DNA from: Somniosus microcephalus
Lineage: Eukaryota
Reading direction: 5' to 3'
DNA: 64,000 bases
Assembly (NCBI GenBank): GCA_052327205.1
Contig: CM126203.1
Coordinates: 20,646,001-20,710,000 of the forward strand
In this document: piece after piece, positions 13,201 through 25,052 of the stretch
Layout: each line of letters begins with the position of its first letter
How positions within the stretch are numbered: position 1 is the first letter of the stretch
Made by a program: the position numbers and the translations under genes
Notes under the pieces: model-generated
Seen by the model: the letters and a program-made list of their open reading frames with translations, nothing else
The model's database searches: none
Told to the model about the DNA's origin: nothing

Positions 13201-13984
13201 TATTGTATCGGGTACACACCATATCATACCGTACCATTCACCATATCATGCGCCCTGTATACACAATCATACACGATGCTCACCTTAACCTGCAACCTGC
13301 AATAACAATTTAAAAACCTAGAGCGATAGCATTTAATGAAGTGCAGGTTTCCCGCAAGGTATGGTGTATGCTATCAGTCATATCCTAGTGCCAATCTCCG
13401 TTACATAAGTGGAGTCAAGCTGCAGGGGTGCAGAACCCCAGATAAGTGGTATTCCTAAGTCCAATGAAATGACTGAAAGGCAGCCATGAGAGGGCTGCGA
13501 CTCTTTGATGTTGCAGTTATTGTACGGCTGCACTTTGGAGTAAGTTCTGGAATATGTCCCATGATGATGCAGATCATTCAGTGAGTTTTACTTTTATTTT
13601 TTCTGCAGTTCTCTCTGAACATGCCCCTACATTTCACATTTCAAAGTACACCATCCGAGACACATCAAAGAACCCCGTTATCAATGTTCTTTAATTGGAT
13701 CTGTTTGAGTGACTATTATAGCCTACAATCCTGCAATAAACAAAATCATAAAAAGATCTTTGCACTGTACAGTATTGGCCTGGCGTGCTGTGGAGCTAGT
13801 GTCAGTAATTGCTATTATTTTAATGTGAAAGGAAAGTAAGTACAAAATGGGAGAGAGATAATGAGCAGAAGGAAAGGAACTGGTGAAGGCAGCAATAATA
13901 ATTGGAATGCAGCAGGTGTGTAGTTCTCCCAAGTAATGTTCTTGAACCTTTGGAGCTTCTGCATAAAAAAGCAGGAAACTCTGT

Positions 13985-14160
13985 AAACACCACAGCTTCA
14001 CCTTAAAATCCAACTCTTTGACCAAGCTTTTGATCGCCTGTCCTAATATTATTTTATGTGGCTCGTTGTTGTGTTTTTCTGATACCGCTCCTGTGAAGCG
14101 CCTTGAGATATTTTACTACGCTAAAGTCGCTATCTAAATGCAAGTTGCAGTTGTTGCTGT
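13985..14160 (+). mobile_element. L2 LINE 3' tail, degenerate
   Basis: ctctttgaccaagcttttg...gctcctgtgaagcgccttg...cgctatctaaatgcaagttg. Confidence 0.7.
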
Positions 14161-14863
14161 TTACCCATGAATGTGCTCACACTGTGTCGGAGACAGTCTT
14201 TTGCAAGAAACATTGCAAACCCTAACTTCAAATCTCCTGGAAGCTTCACCTTCCAGATGGTGAATGGTCTTGTTTTCACCTGACGCCCACGAGGTGGTGG
14301 GAAGGCTTCATGTGAGCTCATCGAGCAACACCTTTTCAGCAAACTTCACAGTTCTCAGTGGGAAGCTCGACAAGCGATTTTTAAAAAGGATCTGCAAGTC
14401 TTGACGCTCGTTGTGAATAAAACGCTGCTTTCAGAAATGCTGTAACCTCAAATGTGTGCTTTAGCAGCTTGCTAATATTGGTTTCTTCCTTCCTTTTGGT
14501 CCTGCCTTCACACCACCGCTCTGCTGAGAAGTTTGCCAAGTCACCTAGCCCTGGGCTTCTTCAGACATTCCTTTAAGACAGTTGCTGGGACATGTAAGAG
14601 AGAGCGGCTTAAATTAACTACCACTCCAGTTCTTTTCCCGTCTCCCCGTAAGAGAAGCACCTGGCTTTCCCTCAGTGCCTCCCCATCACTGCCCAGCAGA
14701 AATTCAGCATATAGGAGCATTGGCAGGAATGGGCCCATATCTCATCACTTCACAACCAAGTGATGAACCTCCTCCAGTAACAGTGCCCACTGTTATGTGG
14801 TATGGAAACACGTTCATTTAAAAATAAAATTAATCTACCAAATATATCCTAATAAGATCATGT

Positions 14864-15352
14864 CCTAATTCGCACCAAGTCCCGTTCGCCCATCACCCCT
14901 GTGCTCGCTGACCTACATTGGCTCCTGGTTAAGCAGCTCCTCGATTTCAAAATTCTCATCCTTTTTTTCAAATCCCTCCATGGCCTCTCCCCTCCCTATC
15001 TCTGTAATCTCCTTCAGCCCCACAACCCCCCGAGATATCTGCGCTCCTCCAATTCTGCCCTCTTGAGCATCCCTGATTATAATCGCTCAACCATTGGTGG
15101 CCGTGCCTTCTGTTGCCTAGGCCCTAAGCTCTAGAATTCCTTGCCTAAACCTCTCCGCCCTGCTACCTCTCTTCCCTCCTTTAAGACGCTCCTTAAAACC
15201 TAACCTCTTTGACCAAGTTTTTGGTCACCCGCTCTAATTTATCCTTAAGTGGCTCGGTGTCAATTTTTTTTGTCTTATAACACTCCTGCGCAGCGCCTTG
15301 GGATGTTTTACTATGTTAAAGGCGCTATATAAGTACACGTTGTTGTTGTTGT
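14864..15352 (+). mobile_element. L2 LINE 3' fragment
   Basis: ORF ITPVLADLHWL...FKIL...GGRAF (L2 ORF2 C-terminus), 3' UTR and (TTG)n tail. Confidence 0.9.
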
Positions 15353-15397
15353 TTTGGCTTTCTGAAAGTTTAATGTCACTTAAGGTTGAAGTTCCAC

Positions 15398-15573
15398 TGG
15401 GTCAATTTTAACTTTTGTTGAAAGTGTAAAACGGGCGGTATCAGATCAGTCTCCCATTATATACACCTCTCCTGGTTTTTGCGTTTAAAAAGGAGCATCA
15501 GGGGAGCTGTATAACGGGTAGCTGATGCGAAATTGCCCGTTTTACACTACTGGCAAAATTTAAAAACCACCCC
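15398..15573. mobile_element. Hairpin MITE
   Basis: Imperfect long inverted repeats (gtgtaaaacgggc... / ...gcccgttttacac); related copy at 62897-63031. Confidence 0.65.
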
Positions 15574-16714
15574 AAATGCCTCATGGTCCACGTAAGTGGG
15601 CTGAGTATTTTTTTCAGCATTACTCTTCTAGTTGACTCTATTGCATTTTATTGAACTACAGACTGGGCGTGTAGAGGTAATAAAACAACATTTTCTTTTC
15701 TTTTTTGGTTGTTTTGAAACCCATTCTGCCTTGGGCCAAACAAAATGCTTTGAAAGTGCATCAAAGCCAGAGTGCGGAGATGTGCTCCCTGCCTCCTGCT
15801 CTCTTGTTTATCTTTGCCTCGTGTTTCAGTGGCTCGTCTCTTGCTTCTTCCATCTATCCTGGTGCGGATCTTGCTTAAGGACAGAAAGAATCAAAAGGGC
15901 CGGAACATCCACAACAGCAGCGAGAGCCACCAGCTGATTCCTAAGAGGAATGTGTTGCCAAAGGCAACAGCACTTGCCCAAGGACCAGCACACCAACCTC
16001 TGCTCACATGAGTCCCTCTTCCTTTAATCTGTTTGAAAGTGGCATCCTTGTCACAGGTGGACTAGATCAGAATTCAGGTCGGAACAGGTCAATAGGCACA
16101 TTGCAGATTCTACACAATGGAGGCTCCTAGAAACTAGCCATTTTCAAATTCCTTAGAGAATTTTGCTTCCACGAGTTCACAGCAGTGGTGTTGCATCTTT
16201 TGAATGCAGTTTTGACCTTGCAGTGTAATCTCTAATAAAAGCTGGAAACCATTGATTCTGTACAGGATTTGACGTGCAATTGTAGAGCAAATTCCTTGCA
16301 TTCCTTCACAATTTCTGCAAGGGATCTTTGTTGCACTGTGGGGAAAAATGGTTAGTTGAATGAATGCATTATAGATAGAATCCAAACACATTTTAACAGA
16401 AATTTGGTACGGATGCTGAATGACGGTGAGAGGCGGGGAGAAGCGTCTACTTTCCTAATAGAAACTAGTCATTTATTGGCCCAGTTCTTTTCAAAAAGGG
16501 TTCCTTTTTCGAGAAGCAAACCAACAGATGATTTGCATACTTGTCAAAACGATGAGCATAAGTGAGTCCAGTTAATGAAGATGGCTGTCGGCTGATCCTT
16601 GCTGGCTTTCATCACAAGTCCCTTTACAAGCCCTCTATTTTGCAGAAATTATACACTTGGAATGTGTACATATTAATATGAGGCCGTGCAGATTATATTA
16701 ATCCTTAACTGCAA

Positions 16715-17250
16715 TATTGTGTCCAATCCTGGGCTCCACACTTTAGGAAGGATGTCAAGGCCTTGGCGAGGGTGCAGAGGAGATTTACCAGAATGGTACC
16801 AGGGATGAGGGACTTCAGTTATGTGGAGAGACTGGAGAAGCTGGGATTGTTCTCCTTAGAGCAGAGAAGGTTAAAGGGCGATTTAATAGAGGTGCTCAAA
16901 ATTGTGAAGGGTTTTGATAGAGTAGATGGGGAGAAACTGTACCCAGTGGCAGGAGGGTCGTTAACCAGAGGACACAGATTTAAGATAATTAGCAAAAGAA
17001 CCAGAGGGGCGATGAGGAGAAATTTTTTCACGCAGCGAGTTGTGATCTGGGATGCATTACCTGAAAGGGCGGTGGAAGCCAATTCAATCGGAACTTTCAA
17101 AAAGGGATTGGATAGAAACTTGAAAAGGAAAGACATTCAGGGTTATGGGGAAAGAGCAGGGGAGTGGGAATAATTGGATAGATTTTTCAAAGAGCCGGCA
17201 CAGACACGATGGGCCGAATGGCCTCCTTCTGTGCTGTGAGATTCTATGAC
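16715..17250 (+). mobile_element. CR1 LINE 3' fragment
   Basis: ORF RVQRRFTRMVPGMRDFSYVERLEKLGLFSLEQRRLKGDLIEV...TRGHRFKI...FFTQRVV. Confidence 0.92.
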
Positions 17251-18434
17251 TGTTTTACAACACCTACAGGAGTAGCAGGTACTTACAATGAGTTATCAAT
17301 GAAACGCGCATCCCTCAAACTAAATTTAATATATAATGGATGAGTTAGGTTTGCTTCTGTTGTGCGTTTATACAGACCATAACAAATCTGCAGTGTGGAA
17401 CTGAAACTCACTAGCACCTCAATATATGCTGTATATCCACAGGAACAGATAGAGTGCAACTCTGGAAGTCTCTTATTACATTAGATCTCTGACATAATTC
17501 ACTCAGCGATCTTAGCTCCTACCAACGGCAGCCTCAATTGTGAATTCGCTTGACCCCCTACTTCATAGAATCAAAGCAGAGAGGGGGGAAAATTAATCTT
17601 GTGATAGCATTACAGAGCTCTAACAGGGTCCCACCTTGATTTGGTGCCTATTTGTACATCAGTAGCATTGACCCCCAAACCAACTTGAGACATTCATGTT
17701 TTTAATTCATCTCGCTACACGCAAAGAGAATGATTGAGCGGTTTTGCTGTGTCTGCAGTTTATTTATTTTGCTGTGCGAGTACGTTTTCCGAATTTATGG
17801 CTGGTATTACAGTGTGATACCATGATACGTATTGCAATCTTAATTAGGTTGCTTTTACAACATTCTCTTTCACCGTAGAGATCTTTAACAGATTTATTCC
17901 ATGATTTAAATTTATGTAATCACAATCCTTAAAGAACAAAATTGAATCTCGACTGGAGACAGAAAAAAATTCCCACAATTGATTGAAACAGACGGATACA
18001 GATCTCGCTGGCACCAGTATCACGCAGCACTGGACTGTCCGAGGGAAAGAGCGTTCCCTCTTGCAGTCCATCTGCTCATCTGGGCATCCATCGCAAATGG
18101 AGTTTTGAAATTGTAGTATCCAAGGAGATCAGCAAGCAGTAAACCAATATCCTGCGGGATTGCACAGGATTTAGGGGCCAAAGCTGAAGGAATTTTTGGA
18201 ATCGGATGTCTTGAGAGTTATTTTGGCAAGGGCGCTGAATCACTGCCGCCCTGTTGATGGGTAGAGTGCTGGTGGTCTCGTCGTGACCTACCACATTCCC
18301 AGGAGCAGCCCAGGCACCGGCAGTTGCTGCCAGAGTAACCACATAAGTGGCTGAGATTTATATTTCATTTGGACTGTGGCAAAAATGCATGTGTGTTGCA
18401 TTTTGCCGTGAAGAAAAATACATTGACTGAGTTT

Positions 18435-19392
18435 GGGCAGGAAAGATATATTGGTCTTGGAGGGGGTGCAGCAAAGAGTCGTCAGAATGATGCCAGGGCA
18501 CAAAGGGTTACATTTTGCAGAAAGGTTGCATAAACTTGGCTGATATTCCCTTCAGTTTAGAAGGTTGAGGGGAGATCTCATCGAAGCGTTTAAAATGATA
18601 AAGGGATTTGATACAGAAGCAATTTCCTCTGGTGGAGAATCTAGAAGAAGCAGGGATAATAAAGTTAGAGCTGGGTCATTCAGGAGTGAAATCAGGAAGC
18701 ACTTTTTCACACAAAGGGTGGTGGAAATCTGGAACTTGCTTCTCCCAAAAGGCTGTGCATGCCGGGGTTCAATTGGAGTTTTTACGATTTCAGATCCAAG
18801 TCCCATTCATCCCTCACCCCTCGGCTCGCTGACCTACATTGGCTCCCGATCCGGCAACGCCTCAATTTTAAAATTCTCATCTTTGTTTTCAAAACCCTCC
18901 TTGTCCTCTTCCCCTCCCTATCTCTGACCTCCTCCAGCCCTGCAAACCTTCGAGATCTCTGCGCTCCTCCAATTCTGGCCTCTTGCGCATCTCCGATTTT
19001 AATCGCTCCACCATTGGTGGCCGTGCCTTCAGCTGCTTAGGGCCTAAGCTCTGGAATTGCCTCCCTAAACCTCTCTGTCTCTCTACCTCTCTTTCCTGCT
19101 TTTAAGATACTTTGTCCAAGCTTTTGGTCATCTGTCCAAGTATCTCCTTATGTAGCTCGTTGTCAAATTTTGTTTGATAACGCTCCTGTGAAGCGTCTTG
19201 GGATGTTTTACTATGTTAAGGGTGCTATATAAATACAAGTTGTTGTTGAGATCGATAATTTTTGTTGGGTAATGGTATCAAAGGATGTGGAGCAAAGGTG
19301 GGTAACTGGAGTTGAGGTGCAGATCAGCCAGGATCTGATTGAATGACAGAACAGACTCGAGGGGCTGAATGGCCTACTCCTGTTCCTATGTT
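18435..19392 (+). mobile_element. CR1 LINE fragment split by an L2 insertion at ~18795-19248
   Basis: CR1 ORF2 (RGDLIEAFKMIKG...FFTQRVVEIWN) stops at agatc; the L2 piece ends in gttgttgttg; the CR1 resumes at agatcgata and runs to its 3' UTR. Confidence 0.8.
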
Positions 19393-20973
19393 CTGTCTCT
19401 CCCCTGTACTTGCCAAGCCTCATCACTGTTTCACGGCACTATGAAGGAAGGGGCGAATACAGCAATATTCTAATGCCCAGTTGGAGCATCATTTGTGAGC
19501 ACAGTACCCAAAGCTCAAGACTCGTGTATCAGTGACACAGATCTTTCGATTTCCTTCAATTTTACCAAAATAAAGTGAATTATTAACCCAATGGATTATG
19601 TAGGAAAAATCTCTTTAAAACAAAAATGTCCTTCATTTTTGATCTCAGGAGGAAGTGGTCACACCAGGTTTGCTGCACCTCGCGAGCCTTAACACTAGGC
19701 AGAATTCGAGTGCAACATCAGGAAGCAGGCGAGTGTGGTGTTCCAATATACTAAGTTCAGCCATGTCAGGTGGAAGCTGCAGTCTTCCTCACAGAGAGGA
19801 AAAGTAAAGAAATTGGCAAGAGTAACACCCTCTGTCTCATCCCCCTCACTGCCCCCTCCTGCATCTTCTAGGGTCTGGTGATAGAGCAACACTGACTGAA
19901 GCCGGGGACTAGGGCACCTACTCCCCTGCTCCCACTCCCAGGCTAGTGAGGTTGCACGGGACAAGAAAACTAGGGCGAGATAAATAAATAGCACATCACT
20001 GAATATAGTAAAGGGGGACAGCGCTTGAAAGTACTGTGTAACCATGCCCTTGCTGACTTGCATCAAGAACAAAATTCCATTCAGTGACTACGGAGGACCA
20101 TCTGGGACCATCTGTTCCAAAACCATCTCCTGTAAACTGACTTAGTTCACTATACTCAAAGGCTTTCTAATAAATTGAGTGAGCAACAAAGAGTACAGTC
20201 CTTGCAAAGTCATCCATTGCTTGTGGAGCTGAATGACCTGCTGCAACCTTGAATGAAACGAGCAAAGGGTAAAGGGGCTATTTAATTTTGCAGCCTGCCT
20301 GCTTTTTTTTTGTGAAACATCTTGGCGGTATTGATAATGGCCAGGGAGTGAGCAGACCTTCTGTGTACCTATCACAGTTTCTATATTTAGCAAACAGCCT
20401 ATTAAAACCAGCCCGAAGGCCTACACGGGCTCACTTAATCACAAATCAAATCTTTAAACCCAAAGGCCCAGAGCAGCCAAGAAACACCAAGCTTCAGAAT
20501 CAAGACAGTTGGTTATTTCATGGGATGTACTGCTAGAATGTACCAATATAACTAGTTATTTTTGACGATTATCAGTAACATTGAATATTCAATCACTTGA
20601 ATCTCTGCATAGCTGTTGCTGGCTTCTAACTCAGTTGAAATTGACCTGGGTATGCTGTTTAAGGGTTATAAACATTAGGACTCTTTTTTTCTCTCCACAC
20701 CTGCCGCTGAGAGCTAGACAGAGCACATGTTCTTGGACACCTGCTCCTGTTGAACAGACTGCAGGACCACACAAATGAGGAGCTTGGTGATGATACTTCT
20801 GATTTCCCCTCCATCCTTTTATGGAAATAGCGGATGTCTGCAAAGGCCTGCTGTGTGTGTGTGTGTGTGTGTCCACGCAGGATTTCTCCATGTCCTTGTC
20901 AGTAAGAGTACAGTTCATTCCGACGAGTGAATTCCATGCTGATTGACACATGTTTTACATCCACCGACTCTAT

Positions 20974-21762
20974 GGGGTGGATTTTGTCAATGGGGGGCGC
21001 GTTGGGGGTGGGACTGCTGGTTGTCGGGTTTCAGTCCCACCCCCAACGATGTCCAGCCAACCCACGCTATTTTCCCATGATTGACCTTGCGGCTTAGCAG
21101 GCCAATTAAGGGAAAGCCGGTGACAGAGGATGTCAGCGTATAACGTTTCATCTGTCAAAACATTTTTGACAGATGAATTGTCAGCGTTTGACAGCTTAGA
21201 GAAGCTGTCAAACACTGACAATCTCTGCTCTATAGTGAGCCCTTGTACTGAAGGTTCACCAAAACCTATTTCCTCAGCAGAAATCAAATGGCTGCTGCAC
21301 CTGAGAATGCAGCAACCATTCTGTTATCTCTGTCGTTGAGATGAGGCACCTCTGGATCCCCAACGGTTGAAGCCTGCAGAAAGAAGCAAAGGTAAGGAAA
21401 CTTTTGCTAACACCTTACACTCACCTCTCATACTTAACTCTCCACACTTGCACCCATCACTCACCTCTACAGCGGGCTTTTCGATCCCTCTCACCCCCGA
21501 AGACCCACTGCTCGCCTCACTGACCCTGGCGGGGTTTCCCAACGTCGGGAAGCCCACACTTGCAGGGGTAAAATGGGGATAAGCCTCAAAACTGCCAGTT
21601 AACTACCTGTTAACCGGCAGTTAATTGGCTGTAATCCCCTTCCCGCCTCCCGGGAAGATGGCATGGAGGCAGGTTGGGAGCGGGTTCGGTACCCGCTCCG
21701 AGCTTCTGCCATGTTCCTGGCAGCCACCATATCCGCTTCCCCAGGGCTGGGAAAATTCCCCC
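20974..21762. mobile_element. Probable non-autonomous DNA transposon remnant (GC-rich ends)
   Basis: tat-ggggtggatttt ... aaaattcccccc-tat inverted ends with GC-rich subterminal blocks. Confidence 0.4.
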
Positions 21763-21819
21763 CTATATATTCAGACAGAACTGAAGATCAATTGTCTCTT
21801 TGGACATTTACATATACTT

Positions 21820-22030
21820 TTCCAGCACAGAAACAGGCCATTCGGCCCAACTGGTCTATACCGGTGTTTATGCTTCACACGAGCCTCCTCCCACCCTACT
21901 TCATCTCACCTTTCAACAGATCCTTCTATTCCTTTCTACTTCATGTACTTATCTAACGTCCCCTTAAATGCATCTGTGCTATTCTCCTCAACCACTCCAT
22001 GTGGTAGCGAGTTCCACATTCTCCCCACTA
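21820..22030 (-). mobile_element. CR1 LINE 3' fragment
   Basis: cagcacagaaacaggccattcggcccaactgg...gagttccacattc. Confidence 0.75.
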
Positions 22031-22332
22031 ATTTCTAATGATATTTGGTTTCGCTTATTCATCTTCTCCATTATTTGGAAGAGGAGTTGTATTAGTCAGC
22101 CCCACAGTTCTCTGGATTCTCTGAACAAGCTGAAAGGTACCTACATGGATCTGAGTTCAGTGATGTGTGGCAGACTTCAGGCCATGGGCTACATTTAACC
22201 GTTTGCAGATCAACGGCTTTTTTATTTAGTCTTCACCACATTAGGAAATACGTTGGGCTGCGGTGGGTTTTTTTTAATGTATATTTTCTACACAGCATAA
22301 TTTGAGAAAATGTAAATTGTAAAGATATATAA

Positions 22333-22542
22333 ACAACTTGCATTTATTTAGCACCTTTGACGTAGGAAAACATCCCAAAGCCATTGGCAGAGGCTTAATC
22401 GAAAAATGAACGGCAAGCAGAAGAAGGAGACAAAGTTGGCCAAAGAACTGAGCTTTAAGGAGGGTCTTAAAGGAGCAGAGGGAGGTGAAGAGACTTAGGG
22501 GGAGGGAATTCCAAAGCATGGAGGCTAGGCAGTTGAAGGCAG
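22333..22542 (-). mobile_element. L2 LINE 3' tail
   Basis: acaacttgcattta...gagggaattccaaagc...aggcagttgaaggca (reverse complement reads AF..L...LWNSLP). Confidence 0.7.
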
Positions 22543-23094
22543 TATCAGCACTGAAAGAAAGAGCATGCACTTTCACCACCTTCCTGCTCCTATTAACCCT
22601 TTCCAGAAAGGTCGACAGAATTTTGAGGATTTGCACTCCCAGGCGTAGCGCTGGGTAAAGGGCAAGATGTAGAATGAAAACTTTCTGGGCCACCACGCCT
22701 GCAATCCCGCTACACACCCCCCCGGCGAGTGATGCTCCATACTGGGAGCACGAACTCGTAAAGCTTACCCTCGGATCTCATCAACAGAATATTAAACTTT
22801 GCTCTCTCGGTTCATTTCTCCTGCTCGTTATCTCTTGCACTCTCTTACCCCCTTTGTTTTGCTCCATCATTCTCGCCCTCTCTCTCACTCTCTCTCTCTG
22901 TTTTCTTTCTCACTTGCACTCTCCCAATACATCGAATAATTTAAAGTTGATTCGTAAAGGAATTGGAATCTATTGCAAGAATGCGGCATTATTTCATTGG
23001 AGGGGCGGGGGGCTTTAATTTTTGTTTCTTTCTTCAAAAGAAGTATTTGAAAAATGAATTTGGTTTGAATCTAACATGACTGGAAGGCTCAAAA

Positions 23095-23580
23095 GCCCAC
23101 AGAGTCGAGCTCCAGTAGCCCACAGAGTCGAGCTCCAGTAGCCCACAGAGTCGAGCTCCAGTAGCCCACAGAGTCGAGCTCCAGTAGCCCACAGAGTCGA
23201 GCTCCAGTAGCCCACAGAGTCGAGCTCCAGTAGCCCACAGAGTCGAGCTCCAGTAGCCCACAGAGTCGAGCTCCAGTAGCCCACAGAGTCGAGCTCCAGT
23301 AGCCCACAGAGTCGAGCGCCAGTAGCCCACAGAGTCGAGCGCCAGTAGCCCACAGAGTCGAGCTCCAGTAGCCCACAGAGTCGAGCTCCAGTAGCCCACA
23401 GAGTCGAGCTCCAGTAGCCCACAGAGTCGAGCTCCAGTAGCCCACAGAGTCGAGCTCCAGTAGCCCACAGAGTCGAGGCCCAGTAGCCCACAGACTCGAG
23501 CCCCAGTAGCCCACAGAGTCGAGCCCCAGTAGCCCACAGAGTCGAGCCCCAGTAGCCCACAGAGTCGAGCTCCAGTAGCC
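23095..23580. repeat. 23-bp minisatellite, about 21 copies (AGCCCACAGAGTCGAGCTCCAGT)
   Basis: Near-perfect tandem unit; 23-aa periodicity in the minus ORFs. Confidence 0.97.
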
Positions 23581-24628
23581 TCACGTTAGTAGCTGCTCTA
23601 AGTTTAATGATAATACCGAAAGTGCTGAGACCATTAGCTGTGGTTATCTTTTTTGGGTGAGAAGAGTGGAGGGCCAGCTGTTGAGTAATTTATCCAACCC
23701 TCTTGAGTGGCTGTGCTCTAATTAAAAAGGGCACTTGCTCCTGCCCCGCTGGTGACGTTGGCTCTGTGTTTAGAGGCTAGCCCGCCTGATTGAGTACAGA
23801 GGCTGCTGAGTCCATTGGAAGTGATGTGTGACATGAATCAGTCATTCATTAAAGAAAGACTTATGAAATAATACTGAGCGGCCTGCGGGTGGCGCTGTCC
23901 AGGGAGAGTATAAATACTCGGGCACTGGCCCAGCTTGCGCAGGACATTCTTAACAGGAACTAGTGAAGGACACAACTAGACCTCCATGTTGTAAAACAGT
24001 TGATTAAAGCTTTGTTTAACGCTTAGACCAAGTGCCTAGTAGTTTTCTTATGTCAATGTGCACTGGTTTAATAGATCCACATCGCAAATGCAGTCTTGGC
24101 TCCTCCCTCGCGGAACAGAGCTGCACCACGCTCCATGCAAGATTTATGTGCCATTTGCTGGTGATCACAGCTGACGCGCTCTCATTCTGATACTGAACGT
24201 TCAGAGGCCGAGTGTGTAGATGGCGAGTCACAGCAGGAAAGCGAGCTCTGCTGTCGTACTCCACTTCCAGGTTATGCGCTTTGATCTCTCCTCCTCCCAT
24301 CAGTACAGAAAAATACTAGAATTTATTTATTTTTCTTCTTGAAAATCAATCGCTCACTGCCACCTGTTCCATGCAACCCTGCAAATACTATTTACCGGAA
24401 AGGTTTAATCTCGTCTGGAGAGTTGCTACACAATCTAAGCCTTTCATTCAATCCATGAGTCATTTTTACATGCCACGAAGCACATTTAGGAAATTAAAAA
24501 CTCCTCGTTGGTCTTTATTCTTCCATCTGGTAATTTCTGCATCTTCCTCACTGGACACCAGAACTCATCCTCTGAAATGTGGGGCATTTGGATCATCTTG
24601 TTTGCATTTATATTTATATCACTCATTT

Positions 24629-25052
24629 TAGTGGCTCAGTTGGTATCGCTCTCGCCTCTGAGTCAGAAGGTCATGGGTTCAAGTCCCACTCCAGAGACTT
24701 GAGCACATTATCCAGGCTGACACTCCAATTCAATACTGAGGGAGTGCTGCACTGTCGGCAGTGCCGTCTTTGGGATGAGATGTTAAACTGGGGACCCCTT
24801 TGCCCTCTCAGGTAGGGTGTAAAAGATCCCACAGCACTTTTCCGAAGAAGAGCCTGGGGAGTTCTCCCCGGTGCCCTGGCCAACATGTATCCCTCAACCA
24901 ACATCGGTAAAACAGATTATCTGGTGATTATCACATTGACGTTTGTGGGATCTTGCTGTGCACCAATTGGTTGACGCGTAGACATCAAAAACAAGCGCTT
25001 TGGGACGACCTGAGGTCATGAAAGGCGCTCTATAAATGCAAGTCTTTCTTTT
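24629..25052 (+). mobile_element. Near full-length tRNA-derived DeuSINE (SacSINE1-like) with L2-type tail
   Basis: A box tggctcagttgg (24632-24643), B box ggttcaagtcc (24676-24686), Deu-like core (gtgccgtcttt.ggatgaga.gttaaac...taaaagatccca...gaagaagagc), tail aaggcgctctataaatgcaagtctttctt. Confidence 0.8.

Noticed and set aside
10880-13313. Long 215-466-aa ORFs on both strands
   Set aside because: Artefacts of the stop-free 21-bp minisatellite; no evidence of a gene.
13609-13835. Exon-like segment with ttctgcag acceptor and AA|gtaagt donor
   Set aside because: The open frame exits in phase 2, incompatible with the phase-1 EGF exon, and shows no neuregulin similarity.
23015-23584. Repetitive ORFs and a CRISPR-like appearance
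   Set aside because: Head-to-tail 23-bp tandem repeat with no unique spacers and no cas genes, in eukaryotic DNA.
24629-24700. tRNA-like A/B boxes (also near 5415-5482 and 50695-50762)
   Set aside because: These are SINE heads followed by SINE bodies and tails, not standalone tRNA genes.
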